From sequence record SRR20825019_968: a stretch of DNA of 64,000 bases. One strand, given 5' to 3'. Position numbers and translations under genes: made by a program. Shown here piece by piece: positions 18,695 through 28,121 of this stretch. Within the stretch, counting starts at the first letter, position 1. Each line of letters begins with the position of its first letter. The notes under the pieces were generated by a model, which was given only the letters and a program-made list of their open reading frames with translations, was not told the origin of the DNA and did no database searches.

Positions 18695-19660
18695 TTAGAT
18701 TCTAATCCCGCTTAATTCCGTTAAAACGGCTTCGGATAGGATGGTTTCGTCTCCCCAGTTTTCTAATTCATCTTCAGACCATAATTCTGGGAAGAAAATA
18801 CGTCGTTGATATTTTGGGTGCATGTATTTTTGCCACTCACTTCCTCCAGTTGCTTCAACGCTAGTTTCTCCACTGTTCAAATATTTACGGGCAGCGTTAA
18901 GATGATGCATAACCCAAGAAACATTTACTGTGTGGTCGTAGTGACGCATGGCATTTACCAAAGGAATGTCATTACGTTCAGCTTCTGGAAGTGTTTTGAA
19001 TTTGGTCCACAAGTTCGTGGTATTGTATTTCTGCATGAATCCAATAAACTCTTCTTTGTATTTATCTTCGAAGTTGGACATCAATTTTGTTTTCTTTCCC
19101 GTAGCATGATCGATTCCTGCAACTTGCCAATAGAGATTGTCAAATGCGTGCGAATACGGTGTGTTTCTATCGATCGTTTTTCTAAATCTAAAATCGATGA
19201 GGTTGATTAGCTCCGTAGATGCGAATTCAATTTTGCGGTATTGAGCACTTTGAAAACCGCTTGCAGGAGTTAATGTATCTCTAAATTTCATGTATTGATC
19301 CACATCCATTCCATCTCCCATAATGGTGAATGAATTGGAAAGCATATCGAAGTAACGACTAATTCTATATAAATGCTTTGCAAATTTTTGAGTGGAAATG
19401 GTTTCATCTTCTGAAATTTGTTCCATTTCCCACAAAATCATTTTAAACAAAAGTTCATTGATTTGATGATACATGATAAACACCATTTCATCTTTCAACG
19501 TAGTTTTTTGGGCTTGTAACCCGAGAAGTGCTTCTACCTGAATGTAGTCCCAATATTTGGTTGGCTCTGCATATAAAAGCCCTGAGAGATGCGTGTCTGG
19601 GTTTTGTCCCATGTTTTCATATTTCTCAACAATAGCGTTAATTAGTTCCTCTCGTGTCAT
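18695..19660 (-). CDS. kynA: Tryptophan 2,3-dioxygenase
   Basis: YWDYIQ, DEMVFIMYHQINEL, PASGFQSAQYR, ATGGS and FFPELW. Confidence 0.9.
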   Translation of the reverse strand: MTREELINAIVEKYENMGQNPDTHLSGLLYAEPTKYWDYIQVEALLGLQAQKTTLKDEMVFIMYHQINELLFKMILWEMEQISEDETISTQKFAKHLYRISRYFDMLSNSFTIMGDGMDVDQYMKFRDTLTPASGFQSAQYRKIEFASTELINLIDFRFRKTIDRNTPYSHAFDNLYWQVAGIDHATGKKTKLMSNFEDKYKEEFIGFMQKYNTTNLWTKFKTLPEAERNDIPLVNAMRHYDHTVNVSWVMHHLNAARKYLNSGETSVEATGGSEWQKYMHPKYQRRIFFPELWSEDELENWGDETILSEAVLTELSGIRI

Positions 19661-19726
19661 TAGTCCTCGTTTAATTAAGCCAAATGTAATGATTTCAGCA
19701 AGGATCGAAAATGAGAAATGTCAGTT

Positions 19727-20458
19727 TTATACTCCAAGCAAGTTTTTAAGCGGTGTATATGCTGATCTACTAATCGGAATGCGTTGTTTATCAGTAAGCA
19801 CCGCTCGGTAGGAATTTTTCTCGAAAGGTTCAATTCCAGTTAGTGCGTTGATATTTAAGATGTAAGAGCGATGAACGCGAATGAATTCGGAGGGATTCAG
19901 CGATTTTTCAAAGTAGGAAAGGGTTTTCTTCTTTAAATATTTATGACCGTCCGCATAAATTTTTACGTAGTCTCCATACGCTTCAATACAGGTAATTCCT
20001 GAAGTGGGAACAATTTTTATCGTTGCCCCGTCTTTAATTACAATGCGCTGATGTTCATCGGGTTGCTTGTTGATTGTCTCATTCAGCAAAGTTCCCTTTT
20101 CTTGTTTTTCTTTAGGGGTCCAGCGTTCAATTGCTTGACGAAATCGATCTTTTGAAAATGGTTTAAGTAAATAGTCGACAGCAGCAGTTTCAAACGCTTT
20201 TAATGCGTATTCGTCAAAAGCTGTGGTAAATATCACAGACGGTGGAATCTCCAACAATTCAAGCATTTCAAAGCCATTTATTTTCGGCATTTGAATATCC
20301 AAAAAGATCAAATCTGGTGCGTGCTGTTCGATCGATTTTACACCTTCGAAACCGTTTTCACATTGAGCGACAATTTCGAACTCAGGATAATCTTTCAAAT
20401 AATTCTCAACGACAGAGCGCGCGAGTGGTTCATCATCAATAATGATTACTTTTTTCAT
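19727..20458 (-). CDS. LytTR family response regulator
   Basis: REC domain (DDEPLAR, FLDIQMP, DYLLKP) plus LytTR domain (FIRVHRSYILN). Confidence 0.95.
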   Translation of the reverse strand: MKKVIIIDDEPLARSVVENYLKDYPEFEIVAQCENGFEGVKSIEQHAPDLIFLDIQMPKINGFEMLELLEIPPSVIFTTAFDEYALKAFETAAVDYLLKPFSKDRFRQAIERWTPKEKQEKGTLLNETINKQPDEHQRIVIKDGATIKIVPTSGITCIEAYGDYVKIYADGHKYLKKKTLSYFEKSLNPSEFIRVHRSYILNINALTGIEPFEKNSYRAVLTDKQRIPISRSAYTPLKNLLGV

Positions 20459-21501
20459 ACTTGAGGGATTTTGAGCGTGATGGTAAATTGATCTTCATTG
20501 ATCGATTTCTCTAACAAATAGGAGCGACCGTAAATGAGTTGTAGCTTTTTTTCTACAGAAGCCAATCCATAACCAGTTCCGCGGGAAGACGATTGACTTT
20601 CTGAATCAAACGGATTTGTTACACGAATGATTAATTGTTTGTTTTCTGTGCGAGCGACCAATTCGATTTTTACTTCACCAATTGTTCCGTACAAGCCGTA
20701 TTTAATGGCATTTTCGATAATGGGCTGAAGAATCAACGACGGCACAAGGGCAATTTCTTCTTCTGGAGCAATGGTGTATTCAACATTGAGTCTATTTCCG
20801 AAGCGAATTTTTTCGATCGCTGTATACTTGGTGATGTATTCAATTTCGTCTCGTAAAGGAACGAGTTCGTTGTTTGAAATATTGACCGTTTTCCGAAGGT
20901 ATTCAGAGAGAAGAAGAATCATTTCTCTTGCTTCGTCTGGGCTCGTGAGGCACAAGGCACTAATTGAGTTTAGACTGTTGAAGAGGAAATGAGGTTTGAA
21001 TTGTTCTTGAATACTTTTGAGTTCTATTTGATTCGCAAATCGTTCTTTTTCAATGGCGAATTCACGAATTTTTTCTTCTCGCGCAGTTTGTCGATCTCCC
21101 CAGAAGGATAAAAGCATCAAACTATTTAGCAGAACAAGAATGAAAGAGAGCACCCAAATGGAATGATAGAGCAGTTCTAGTCCATTTTCTTCTTTATAGA
21201 ACAACCATTTTGTGAGGTTGTAAAAAGTAACAGCAGTGAGGAATGAAAAAAGGAGGATGGAAGAGATATTGGGAGCTGAGAAGGGTGCTTTGGAATGATA
21301 GTGCCGTTGCGAGATCGAAATCAGGAAAAGCGCTATCACGTTAAGAACGAGTAAAATGAGTGTGGTGTAAAAAGACGCGGTAAACGAGATCTCGTGAGAA
21401 AAAATAAAAACAAAGAAAAGAACATGTACAAATGCCAAAAGAGCGCCGCGTCGGGCAGCTCTCATGGACAAAGAGGATAAAAAACCTAAATTATTGGTCA
21501 T
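20455..21501 (-). CDS. LytS/YehU-type sensor histidine kinase
   Basis: Four TM segments; QFKPHFLFNSLNSI, LQPIIENAIKYG and GTGYGL. Confidence 0.92.
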   Translation of the reverse strand: MTNNLGFLSSLSMRAARRGALLAFVHVLFFVFIFSHEISFTASFYTTLILLVLNVIALFLISISQRHYHSKAPFSAPNISSILLFSFLTAVTFYNLTKWLFYKEENGLELLYHSIWVLSFILVLLNSLMLLSFWGDRQTAREEKIREFAIEKERFANQIELKSIQEQFKPHFLFNSLNSISALCLTSPDEAREMILLLSEYLRKTVNISNNELVPLRDEIEYITKYTAIEKIRFGNRLNVEYTIAPEEEIALVPSLILQPIIENAIKYGLYGTIGEVKIELVARTENKQLIIRVTNPFDSESQSSSRGTGYGLASVEKKLQLIYGRSYLLEKSINEDQFTITLKIPQV

Positions 21502-21504
21502 TCC

Positions 21505-22245
21505 TTAAATATAGCTTTGAATTTCAATACCTCCAAAGAAACAGTTTCCTTTCAAGATGAGTGTTTTTTTTGGATCAGGTTCTCCGGAGTGAACGACTTT
21601 TCGATTATCATCAATGCCTCCGAATACGGCCATGACTTCCGATTTTACCGTCCAATCGGATGGAACGATTAATGTTGTTCCGCCAAAAACAGTATTTGTT
21701 TGAATCACGGCAGGTTCTTGAATGTCGGATTTTGTCAGATTCAAATCTACACCACCAAAAACAGACGTTACTTTTGCTCCTCGAAAGTTTTTGCTCACGA
21801 TGGTTTTATTGATTCCTCCAAAAATGGCAGTCGCATCTACGTAATCATCTGGATCTACTTCTGTTGAAGATGTGAAAGTACTTGTGCTAAAAGGATCTTG
21901 TTTTCGTCCAAAAATATTGAGTGATTTTGAAAGAATGGAAATCCCCACAATGATAATTATACAAGGAAAGATTAATTTTCCGTCAATCGCGTTATCCCAA
22001 AAGTCGTTTATTAAGAAAACTGTTCCAACGCCAATCATTATGTAGCCCGGTAAATGTCTAAAATGGTTTTTGTATAAAGAGATAAGTCCAATGGCGATGA
22101 TGACTACTTTCCATGAAAAAATCCAGTTCGGAATGTTCATCCCAATGCGATCAAATAAGAACAATATACCAAAGGAGAGGATGAGAATTCCACTGATCAA
22201 TTTTGCTTTTCTACTTCTTACTGCCGAGTCGTTGTTAATTTCCAT
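21505..22245 (-). CDS. LiaF-like membrane protein (TM domain plus DUF2154-like beta domain)
   Basis: N-terminal TM helices; repeated (A/V)(I/V)FGG motifs; first gene before lytS/lytR. Confidence 0.82.
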   Translation of the reverse strand: MEINNDSAVRSRKAKLISGILILSFGILFLFDRIGMNIPNWIFSWKVVIIAIGLISLYKNHFRHLPGYIMIGVGTVFLINDFWDNAIDGKLIFPCIIIIVGISILSKSLNIFGRKQDPFSTSTFTSSTEVDPDDYVDATAIFGGINKTIVSKNFRGAKVTSVFGGVDLNLTKSDIQEPAVIQTNTVFGGTTLIVPSDWTVKSEVMAVFGGIDDNRKVVHSGEPDPKKTLILKGNCFFGGIEIQSYI

Positions 22246-22268
22246 GTCGTTGTTTTTTTAAGTTTAAG

Positions 22269-22339
22269 CAAATGTATGGAACAAGGGTGCCTTCCAAAAG
22301 GAGAAAAAGATGAACTGTGGTTGAGTGTCGGTGAATGGT
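22269..22339 (-). promoter_or_regulatory. Promoter plus LytTR-type direct repeats for the liaF-lytS-lytR operon
   Basis: TACATTTG at 22269-22276; ACCATTCACC (22339-22330) and ACAGTTCATC (22318-22309) at 21-bp period. Confidence 0.65.
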
Positions 22340-22396
22340 GGAATCTCGAAAATTAATTGAGTGTTTCTTTTCGAAAGACGGGAGTATACGCGCAAG

Positions 22397-22431
22397 AAAA
22401 AAGCACTCCCGAATTTCTTCGAAAGTGCTTT
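22397..22431 (-). terminator. Intrinsic terminator after hppD
   Basis: AAAGCACT..AGTGCTTT stem with an A-run on + (U-tract on -). Confidence 0.7.
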
Positions 22432-22452
22432 CATAAAACTATTTAAAAGGAA

Positions 22453-23616
22453 TTATAGTGTTCCTCTGTGTTCTTGTTCGCGCTCAATCGCTTCGAAAAG
22501 TGCTTTAAAGTTTCCTTTTCCAAAGGATTGTGCTCCTTTTCGTTGAATAACTTCGAAGAACATTGTTGGGCGATCAACAACTGGTTTTGTAAACAATTGA
22601 AGTAAGTATCCTTCTTCATCACGGTCAATCAAAATTCCATGTTGTTTCAAAACTTCAACGTCTTCATCGATTTCACCAACGCGCTCAAGCAAATCTTCAT
22701 AATATGTTTCTGGAACATATAAAAATTCAACACCACGTTTGCGCATTTCGTCAACCGTTGCAACGATATCATTCGTAGCTACAGCGATGTGTTGAACACC
22801 AGCTCCGTTGTAGAAATCTAGATATTCTTCAATTTGCGATTTTTTCTTTCCTTCTGCCGGTTCGTTGATAGGGAACTTAATTCGCCCGTTTCCGTTCGAC
22901 ATTACTTTACTCATCAAAGCAGTAAAGTCCGTTGAAATATCTTTGTCGTCGAAAGAAATGATTTGAGCAAATCCCATCACCTTCGCGTAGAATTCACACC
23001 ATTGGTTCATTTCGTCCCAGCCAACATTTCCAACCATGTGGTCGATAAATTTCAATCCAACTGGCTCAGGATTGTAGTGAGATTCCCATTTTTTGTATCC
23101 TGGAAGGAAAACTCCGTTGTAGTTGCTGCGCTCCACAAATATGTGAACAGTTTCACCATACGTGTAAATCCCAGATCGAACTACGTATCCATTTTCGTCT
23201 TCTTCGCGAGTAGGCTCCATAAATGGTCTTGCTCCGCGTTTTACCGTTTCTTCATAAGCAGATGTCGCGTCCTCAACCCACAAAGCAACAACTTTAACAC
23301 CATCTCCGTGTTTGTTGATGTGCTCATTGATTACACCATCTTGCTCTAAAGAAGTGGTAAGAACCAAACGAATTTTGTCTTGCTTCAATACATAAGAAAC
23401 ACGGTCTTTCATTCCTGTTTCTAATCCTGCATAAGCTTCAGATTGAAAACCGAATGCCGTTTTGTAGAAATGAGCCGATTGCTTCGCATTTCCTACATAC
23501 AATTCTACGTAGTCCGTTCCTAAAAGTGGAAGAAAGTCCTCCGCTTCAGCGAACAATTTTCGCAATTCGTATTCTGTATTTTGTAAATTCTTGAGACTTT
23601 TTATTTCTGCTCCCAT
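22453..23616 (-). CDS. hppD: 4-hydroxyphenylpyruvate dioxygenase
   Basis: IDHMVGNV, KFPINEP, GVQHIA, YLLQLFT and FGKGNFKALFEAIE. Confidence 0.97.
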   Translation of the reverse strand: MGAEIKSLKNLQNTEYELRKLFAEAEDFLPLLGTDYVELYVGNAKQSAHFYKTAFGFQSEAYAGLETGMKDRVSYVLKQDKIRLVLTTSLEQDGVINEHINKHGDGVKVVALWVEDATSAYEETVKRGARPFMEPTREEDENGYVVRSGIYTYGETVHIFVERSNYNGVFLPGYKKWESHYNPEPVGLKFIDHMVGNVGWDEMNQWCEFYAKVMGFAQIISFDDKDISTDFTALMSKVMSNGNGRIKFPINEPAEGKKKSQIEEYLDFYNGAGVQHIAVATNDIVATVDEMRKRGVEFLYVPETYYEDLLERVGEIDEDVEVLKQHGILIDRDEEGYLLQLFTKPVVDRPTMFFEVIQRKGAQSFGKGNFKALFEAIEREQEHRGTL

Positions 23617-23641
23617 GTTTTGTCTTTTTTATTGATTGCGA

Positions 23642-24799
23642 TTAATGCAACCATGATTTGTAATAACCTTTAAATTCAACTTCCAAGGCTTGCTTGGTTA
23701 ATTTTAGTGGCTTAAATGTGTCTACCATTACCGCCAATTCGTGTGTTTCTTTTTTTCCGATGCTGCGCTCATACGCCCCAGGATGAGGTCCGTGTGGAAT
23801 TCCTCCAGGATGCAGCGTTATTTGACCGCGTTCAATATTATTTCGACTCATGAAGTCACCATCTACGTAATACAACACTTCGTCCGAATCAATATTGCTA
23901 TGATTGTATGGAGAAGGAATCGAATCCGGATGATAATCGTACAAGCGTGGAACAAACGAGCAGATCACAAACGCTGGTGTTTCAAACGTTTGATGTACTG
24001 GAGGTGGTTGATGCACTCGTCCAGTAATTGGCTCAAAGTTATGAATTGAAAACGCGTAAGGAAAATTGTATCCGTCCCAACCTGCGACATCAAAAGGATG
24101 TGAAGCGTAAGTATATGAATAGAGGATCCCTTCCTTTTTTATTTTTACTAAAAACTCTCCTTGCTCATCGTGTGTTTCGAGAACTTGAGGTGTTTTTATA
24201 TCGCGCTCGCAAAATGGAGAATGCTCTAATAATTGCCCAAACCAGTTGCGGTAGCGTTTTGGTGTGTAAATAGGATGAAATGATTCAACGATAAACAAAC
24301 GATTGTCTTCTGTGTTAAATTCAATCTGGTAAATAATTCCTCTTGGTACAACGAGGTAATCACCATATTCAAACGGAATATTTCCCAATTGCGTTCTGAG
24401 CGTTCCAGAACCTTCATGAATAAAAATCACTTCGTCGCAATCTGCGTTCTTGTAGAAATATTCGGTCAGCGATTTTTTCGGAGCAGCTAAAACAATGTGA
24501 CAATCACTATTAATGAGCATTGGAACACGACTTTCAAGGTAATCGTCCTTGGGAGCAACGTTATATCCGATCAAACTGCGCATTTGCATTTGTTTGTCAA
24601 AAGCAACTTCAGGGTTTAAATCAACCTGTCCTTTAAAATCTGTAACGATTGTTGGTGGATGCAGATGATAAAGCAATGATGACATCCCGTCAAATCCGAT
24701 TGTTCCAAAAAGTTGTTCATGGTGCAATTCCCCATTCTCTTTTCGAAAAACGGTATGTCGCTTCTGCGGAATTTTTCCAAGTTTATGATAAAATGGCAT
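23642..24799 (-). CDS. hmgA: Homogentisate 1,2-dioxygenase
   Basis: HPFDVAGWDG, HQPPPVH, PYNHSNIDSDE, HPGGIPHGP and AVMVDTF. Confidence 0.95.
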   Translation of the reverse strand: MPFYHKLGKIPQKRHTVFRKENGELHHEQLFGTIGFDGMSSLLYHLHPPTIVTDFKGQVDLNPEVAFDKQMQMRSLIGYNVAPKDDYLESRVPMLINSDCHIVLAAPKKSLTEYFYKNADCDEVIFIHEGSGTLRTQLGNIPFEYGDYLVVPRGIIYQIEFNTEDNRLFIVESFHPIYTPKRYRNWFGQLLEHSPFCERDIKTPQVLETHDEQGEFLVKIKKEGILYSYTYASHPFDVAGWDGYNFPYAFSIHNFEPITGRVHQPPPVHQTFETPAFVICSFVPRLYDYHPDSIPSPYNHSNIDSDEVLYYVDGDFMSRNNIERGQITLHPGGIPHGPHPGAYERSIGKKETHELAVMVDTFKPLKLTKQALEVEFKGYYKSWLH

Positions 24800-24870
24800 T
24801 ATGTAAATGTTTTAATGAGTAAATTCTTGCCAAGTCAGACCCCAACAGAGTCAAACAGTTGAGAGGAGGA

Positions 24871-24927
24871 TCATTCCGGATTCCTCTTGATCAGAAAAAG
24901 AAGCAATAATTTAAGTGCAATCCACAT
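24871..24927 (-). CDS. Candidate leader peptide of the hmgA-hppD operon, MWIALKLLLLFLIKRNPE
   Basis: ATG 24927 to TGA 24873-24871, 17 nt after a consensus TATATTTG box; 71 nt before the hmgA start. Confidence 0.55.
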   Translation of the reverse strand: MWIALKLLLLFLIKRNPE

Positions 24928-24944
24928 AATAGAATGGTAAGTTA

Positions 24945-24952
24945 CAAATATA
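24945..24952 (-). promoter_or_regulatory. Bacteroidota -7 promoter element for the leader-hmgA-hppD transcript
   Basis: TATATTTG matches TAnnTTTG. Confidence 0.65.
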
Positions 24953-25074
24953 GTGAAAGCCTTTGCTAAAGAAAAATGACTTTGGTCACTATTTCTCTTT
25001 GAAGCAAAAAAGTCCCTCCTAAGCTAGGAAAATCGTTAAAAAATACCTCTATTTGCGCATACAAATACGTCGAA

Positions 25075-26025
25075 ATGAGAAAGGTTTTAGTCATTGGAGC
25101 GGGTGGTCAGATAGGCACGGAACTCGTAATTGAATTAAGAAGAAAGTTGGGTGATGAAAACGTAATCGCTGCAGATTTAAAAGATTCTTGCCCTAAGGCG
25201 CTCTCAGGTGGACCTTATGCACAAATGGACATTCTGAAAAGAGAGGAAGTGCGTAACTACATCATTTCGAACAAAGTTACTGAGGTCTATTTATTGGCTG
25301 CTTTATTGTCTGCAACGGCAGAGAAGAACCCGATGTTCGCATGGGAGTTAAATATGGAAGGGCTTTTTACGATCCTAGATCTTGCCAAAGAAGGACATTT
25401 AACTAAGGTGTTTTGGCCGAGTTCAATTGCTGTATTTGGACCAACAACTCCGCGAGAGAATACTCCACAAACAACTATTATGGAGCCAAGTACGGTTTAC
25501 GGAATTTCCAAACAAGCTGGTGAACGTTGGTGCGAATATTACGCAAAAAACTATGGTGTAGATGTTCGAAGTATTCGTTACCCAGGTTTAATTTCCTATA
25601 CAAGTCTTCCAGGTGGTGGAACAACAGATTATGCGGTAGATATTTTTTATCAAGCAAAAATGGAAAATCCATACACGTGTTTTTTAAAGGCGGATAGTAG
25701 ATTGCCAATGATGTTCATGGAAGACGCGATTCGAGCGACAATTGAATTGATGGAAAGCGCAAATGAGAATGTCAAAATTCGATCGTCATATAATTTATCA
25801 GGGTGTAGCTTTACTCCCGAAGAAATAGCTGAAGAAATTCAAAAGCATGTTCCTGATTTCCAAATTAATTACGAGCCGGATTTCCGCCAGAAAATTGCTG
25901 ATTCATGGCCTGGGTCTATAGATGATTCTAATGCCAGAAGTGATTGGGGATGGAAAGAAAAGTATGATTTAAAGGGGCTTGTAGAGGTAATGCTGAACAA
26001 TGTAGACGTAACATTAGTGTCTTAA
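25075..26025 (+). CDS. NAD-dependent epimerase/dehydratase, L-threonine 3-dehydrogenase-like
   Basis: GAGGQIG, LAALLSA, SSIAVFG, YGISK and PGGGTTDY. Confidence 0.88.
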   Translation: MRKVLVIGAGGQIGTELVIELRRKLGDENVIAADLKDSCPKALSGGPYAQMDILKREEVRNYIISNKVTEVYLLAALLSATAEKNPMFAWELNMEGLFTILDLAKEGHLTKVFWPSSIAVFGPTTPRENTPQTTIMEPSTVYGISKQAGERWCEYYAKNYGVDVRSIRYPGLISYTSLPGGGTTDYAVDIFYQAKMENPYTCFLKADSRLPMMFMEDAIRATIELMESANENVKIRSSYNLSGCSFTPEEIAEEIQKHVPDFQINYEPDFRQKIADSWPGSIDDSNARSDWGWKEKYDLKGLVEVMLNNVDVTLVS

Positions 26026-26197
26026 AAAGTGAAATAAATTGAATGGAGATTTTGTTACTTGCGTTAAACGGTTAATCGATGAAAATATTAGGTTGGGCGA
26101 AAACAGGTCAGTTTTCTTTGTAAATGCATTTGCTCTTCGTATTTTCGCTAGACTAAACTAGAGCATTAAATCTCCATAACGAAAACTACAAATAAGC

Positions 26198-27064
26198 ATG
26201 GCATTAAAAGCTTTTTTCTTGTTGTTCCTATCGTTGGTTCTGAATGTGCCTGTGTTGCTGGCGTCTGCAGATCAGGGTGGTTTAAATGAGACAGATCCTC
26301 AGGGAAGGAAACAAGGTAAGTGGGTCTTTCTTGGTAAAGATCGACCAACATTGGGATATCCTGAAAATGGTAAAATCGAAGAAGGGTCTTACATCGATAA
26401 TCGAAAAGAAGGTGTTTGGATTAAATATCACAATGACGGTGTTACTCCAAAGTTAAAAGGGGAGTATAAAAATAATCGTCCAAGTGGTTCTTATACGAAG
26501 CTTTATCCAGATGGAACAGTTCAAGAAACTGGTACGTTTACAAGAAACAAATACGTTGATTCATTAAAGAGATTTCATCCGAATGGAATCCTAGAATACG
26601 AAAGCAATTACAACGAAGAAGGTAAAGAACAAGGTGTTGTTAAGTACTTCTACGCTAACGGTCAAGAAGAATTTGTTTATCAAGCTCAAGATGGAATTCC
26701 AACAGGGAAAGCAACAAGATATTACGAGAATGGTGACGTGAAAGAAGTGATTTATTACGGTGCAGATGGTATGATTACCAAGTCTGAACCTGTTGAAAGA
26801 GTAAACCCTCCAACAAATACGGTTCCGGACCTTACTCCAAAAGAATTAGCACCAAGTGTTGGTACGCCTAGAACAAAAGGAGTGCGTTTCCAACCAAATG
26901 GATATAATAAATTGTACAACGAAAATGATGAAATTTGGCAAGACGGTGAGTTTAGAAACAGTCGTCTGTGGGATGGAAAAGTATACGAGTACGATTCGGA
27001 TGGAATTCTCTTGAAAGTGAAAGTTTACAAGAAAGGTAATTACCACTCTGACGGACAACTTTAA
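26198..27064 (+). CDS. Secreted MORN-variant repeat protein (YwqK-like)
   Basis: Signal peptide; repeated (Y/F)(Y/H)xNG..G.Y units. Confidence 0.8.
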   Translation: MALKAFFLLFLSLVLNVPVLLASADQGGLNETDPQGRKQGKWVFLGKDRPTLGYPENGKIEEGSYIDNRKEGVWIKYHNDGVTPKLKGEYKNNRPSGSYTKLYPDGTVQETGTFTRNKYVDSLKRFHPNGILEYESNYNEEGKEQGVVKYFYANGQEEFVYQAQDGIPTGKATRYYENGDVKEVIYYGADGMITKSEPVERVNPPTNTVPDLTPKELAPSVGTPRTKGVRFQPNGYNKLYNENDEIWQDGEFRNSRLWDGKVYEYDSDGILLKVKVYKKGNYHSDGQL

Positions 27065-27086
27065 ATCAAGCTAGAACATGATTTCT

Positions 27087-27112
27087 AAGGGCTCACTTGT
27101 GAGTCCTTTTTT
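27087..27112 (+). terminator. Intrinsic terminator
   Basis: AAGGGCTCAC-TT-GTGAGTCCTT followed by a T-run. Confidence 0.8.
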
Positions 27113-27168
27113 GTTATTGGCTTCTCCCCACTATCTTTTTATATTTGTATTCAACAAACGATCAACCT

Positions 27169-28095
27169 ATGGCGAAAGCGAATTCAAAAAGCACGCTTGT
27201 TATTCCCGACTTTAAACAGAGTCCATCTGTGGACAAAGTTGGCGTGGAAGAACGCGTTGCACGATTTCAAACAAGAAGCATCAAAAACGAAGCGAAGTTG
27301 CAAGGACTAAAAATGGTGCTCAGCATGATTGATCTCACAACTCTGGAAGGAAAAGATACACCAGGCAAGGTGAAACAGATGTGTTACAAAGCAAGACATT
27401 TGCATGATTATCATCCTGGCCTGCCAACAGTTGCTGCAGTGTGCGTTTATCCTTCAATGGCTGGAATTGCAGCAAAAGAAGTGATGGGAAGTGGAGTCAA
27501 AGTAGCATCTGTTTCTACGGCATTCCCAAGCGGACAAGCTCCAATGAGTATTAAGTTGGAAGATACCAAGTTTGCAGTAGATCAAGGCGCAGATGAAATA
27601 GATATGGTGATTTCTCGTGGGAAGTTTCTTTCTGGAGAATACAATTTTGTTTTTGATGAAATTGCTGCAATCAAAGAGGCGTGTGGAAAAGCACGTTTAA
27701 AAGTGATTTTGGAAACAGGAGAACTCGTAACACTTGACAATGTTCGAAGAGCAAGTGATATTGCGATGTATGCAGGTGCAGATTTTATTAAGACATCAAC
27801 GGGGAAAATACAACCCGCAGCAACAATGCAAGTTACATACACCATGTTGGAAGCCATTCGTGATTTTTATACGAATACAGGAATAATGATTGGAATGAAA
27901 CCTGCTGGTGGAATTTCAACCTCAAAACTGGCGTTGCACAACTTGGTAATGGTAAAAGAAACATTGGGGAATGACTGGCTTGACAATCATTGGTTTCGAT
28001 TTGGAGCGAGTAGTCTAGCGAATGACGTGCTCATGCAAATTATGAAAGCAGAAACAGGCGTTTATCAGTCTTCGGACTATTTTGCAATTGATTAA
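27169..28095 (+). CDS. deoC: Deoxyribose-phosphate aldolase (long, DERA-like form)
   Basis: IDLTTLEG, GADEIDMV, KVILET, DFIKTSTGK and KPAGGI; TATATTTG promoter at 27140-27147. Confidence 0.95.
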   Translation: MAKANSKSTLVIPDFKQSPSVDKVGVEERVARFQTRSIKNEAKLQGLKMVLSMIDLTTLEGKDTPGKVKQMCYKARHLHDYHPGLPTVAAVCVYPSMAGIAAKEVMGSGVKVASVSTAFPSGQAPMSIKLEDTKFAVDQGADEIDMVISRGKFLSGEYNFVFDEIAAIKEACGKARLKVILETGELVTLDNVRRASDIAMYAGADFIKTSTGKIQPAATMQVTYTMLEAIRDFYTNTGIMIGMKPAGGISTSKLALHNLVMVKETLGNDWLDNHWFRFGASSLANDVLMQIMKAETGVYQSSDYFAID

Positions 28096-28121
28096 TCTAC
28101 GACTAACGTAAGAACAATATT

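Noticed and set aside
24871-24927. Classical starvation attenuator reading of the hmgA leader
   Set aside because: No Tyr/Phe codon run and no U-tailed terminator hairpin before hmgA; kept instead as an arrest-peptide candidate
26198-27064. MORN/YwqK proteins (also 48986-49399) as toxin-antitoxin components
   Set aside because: Both are exported repeat proteins with no adjacent toxin; that annotation label is unreliable
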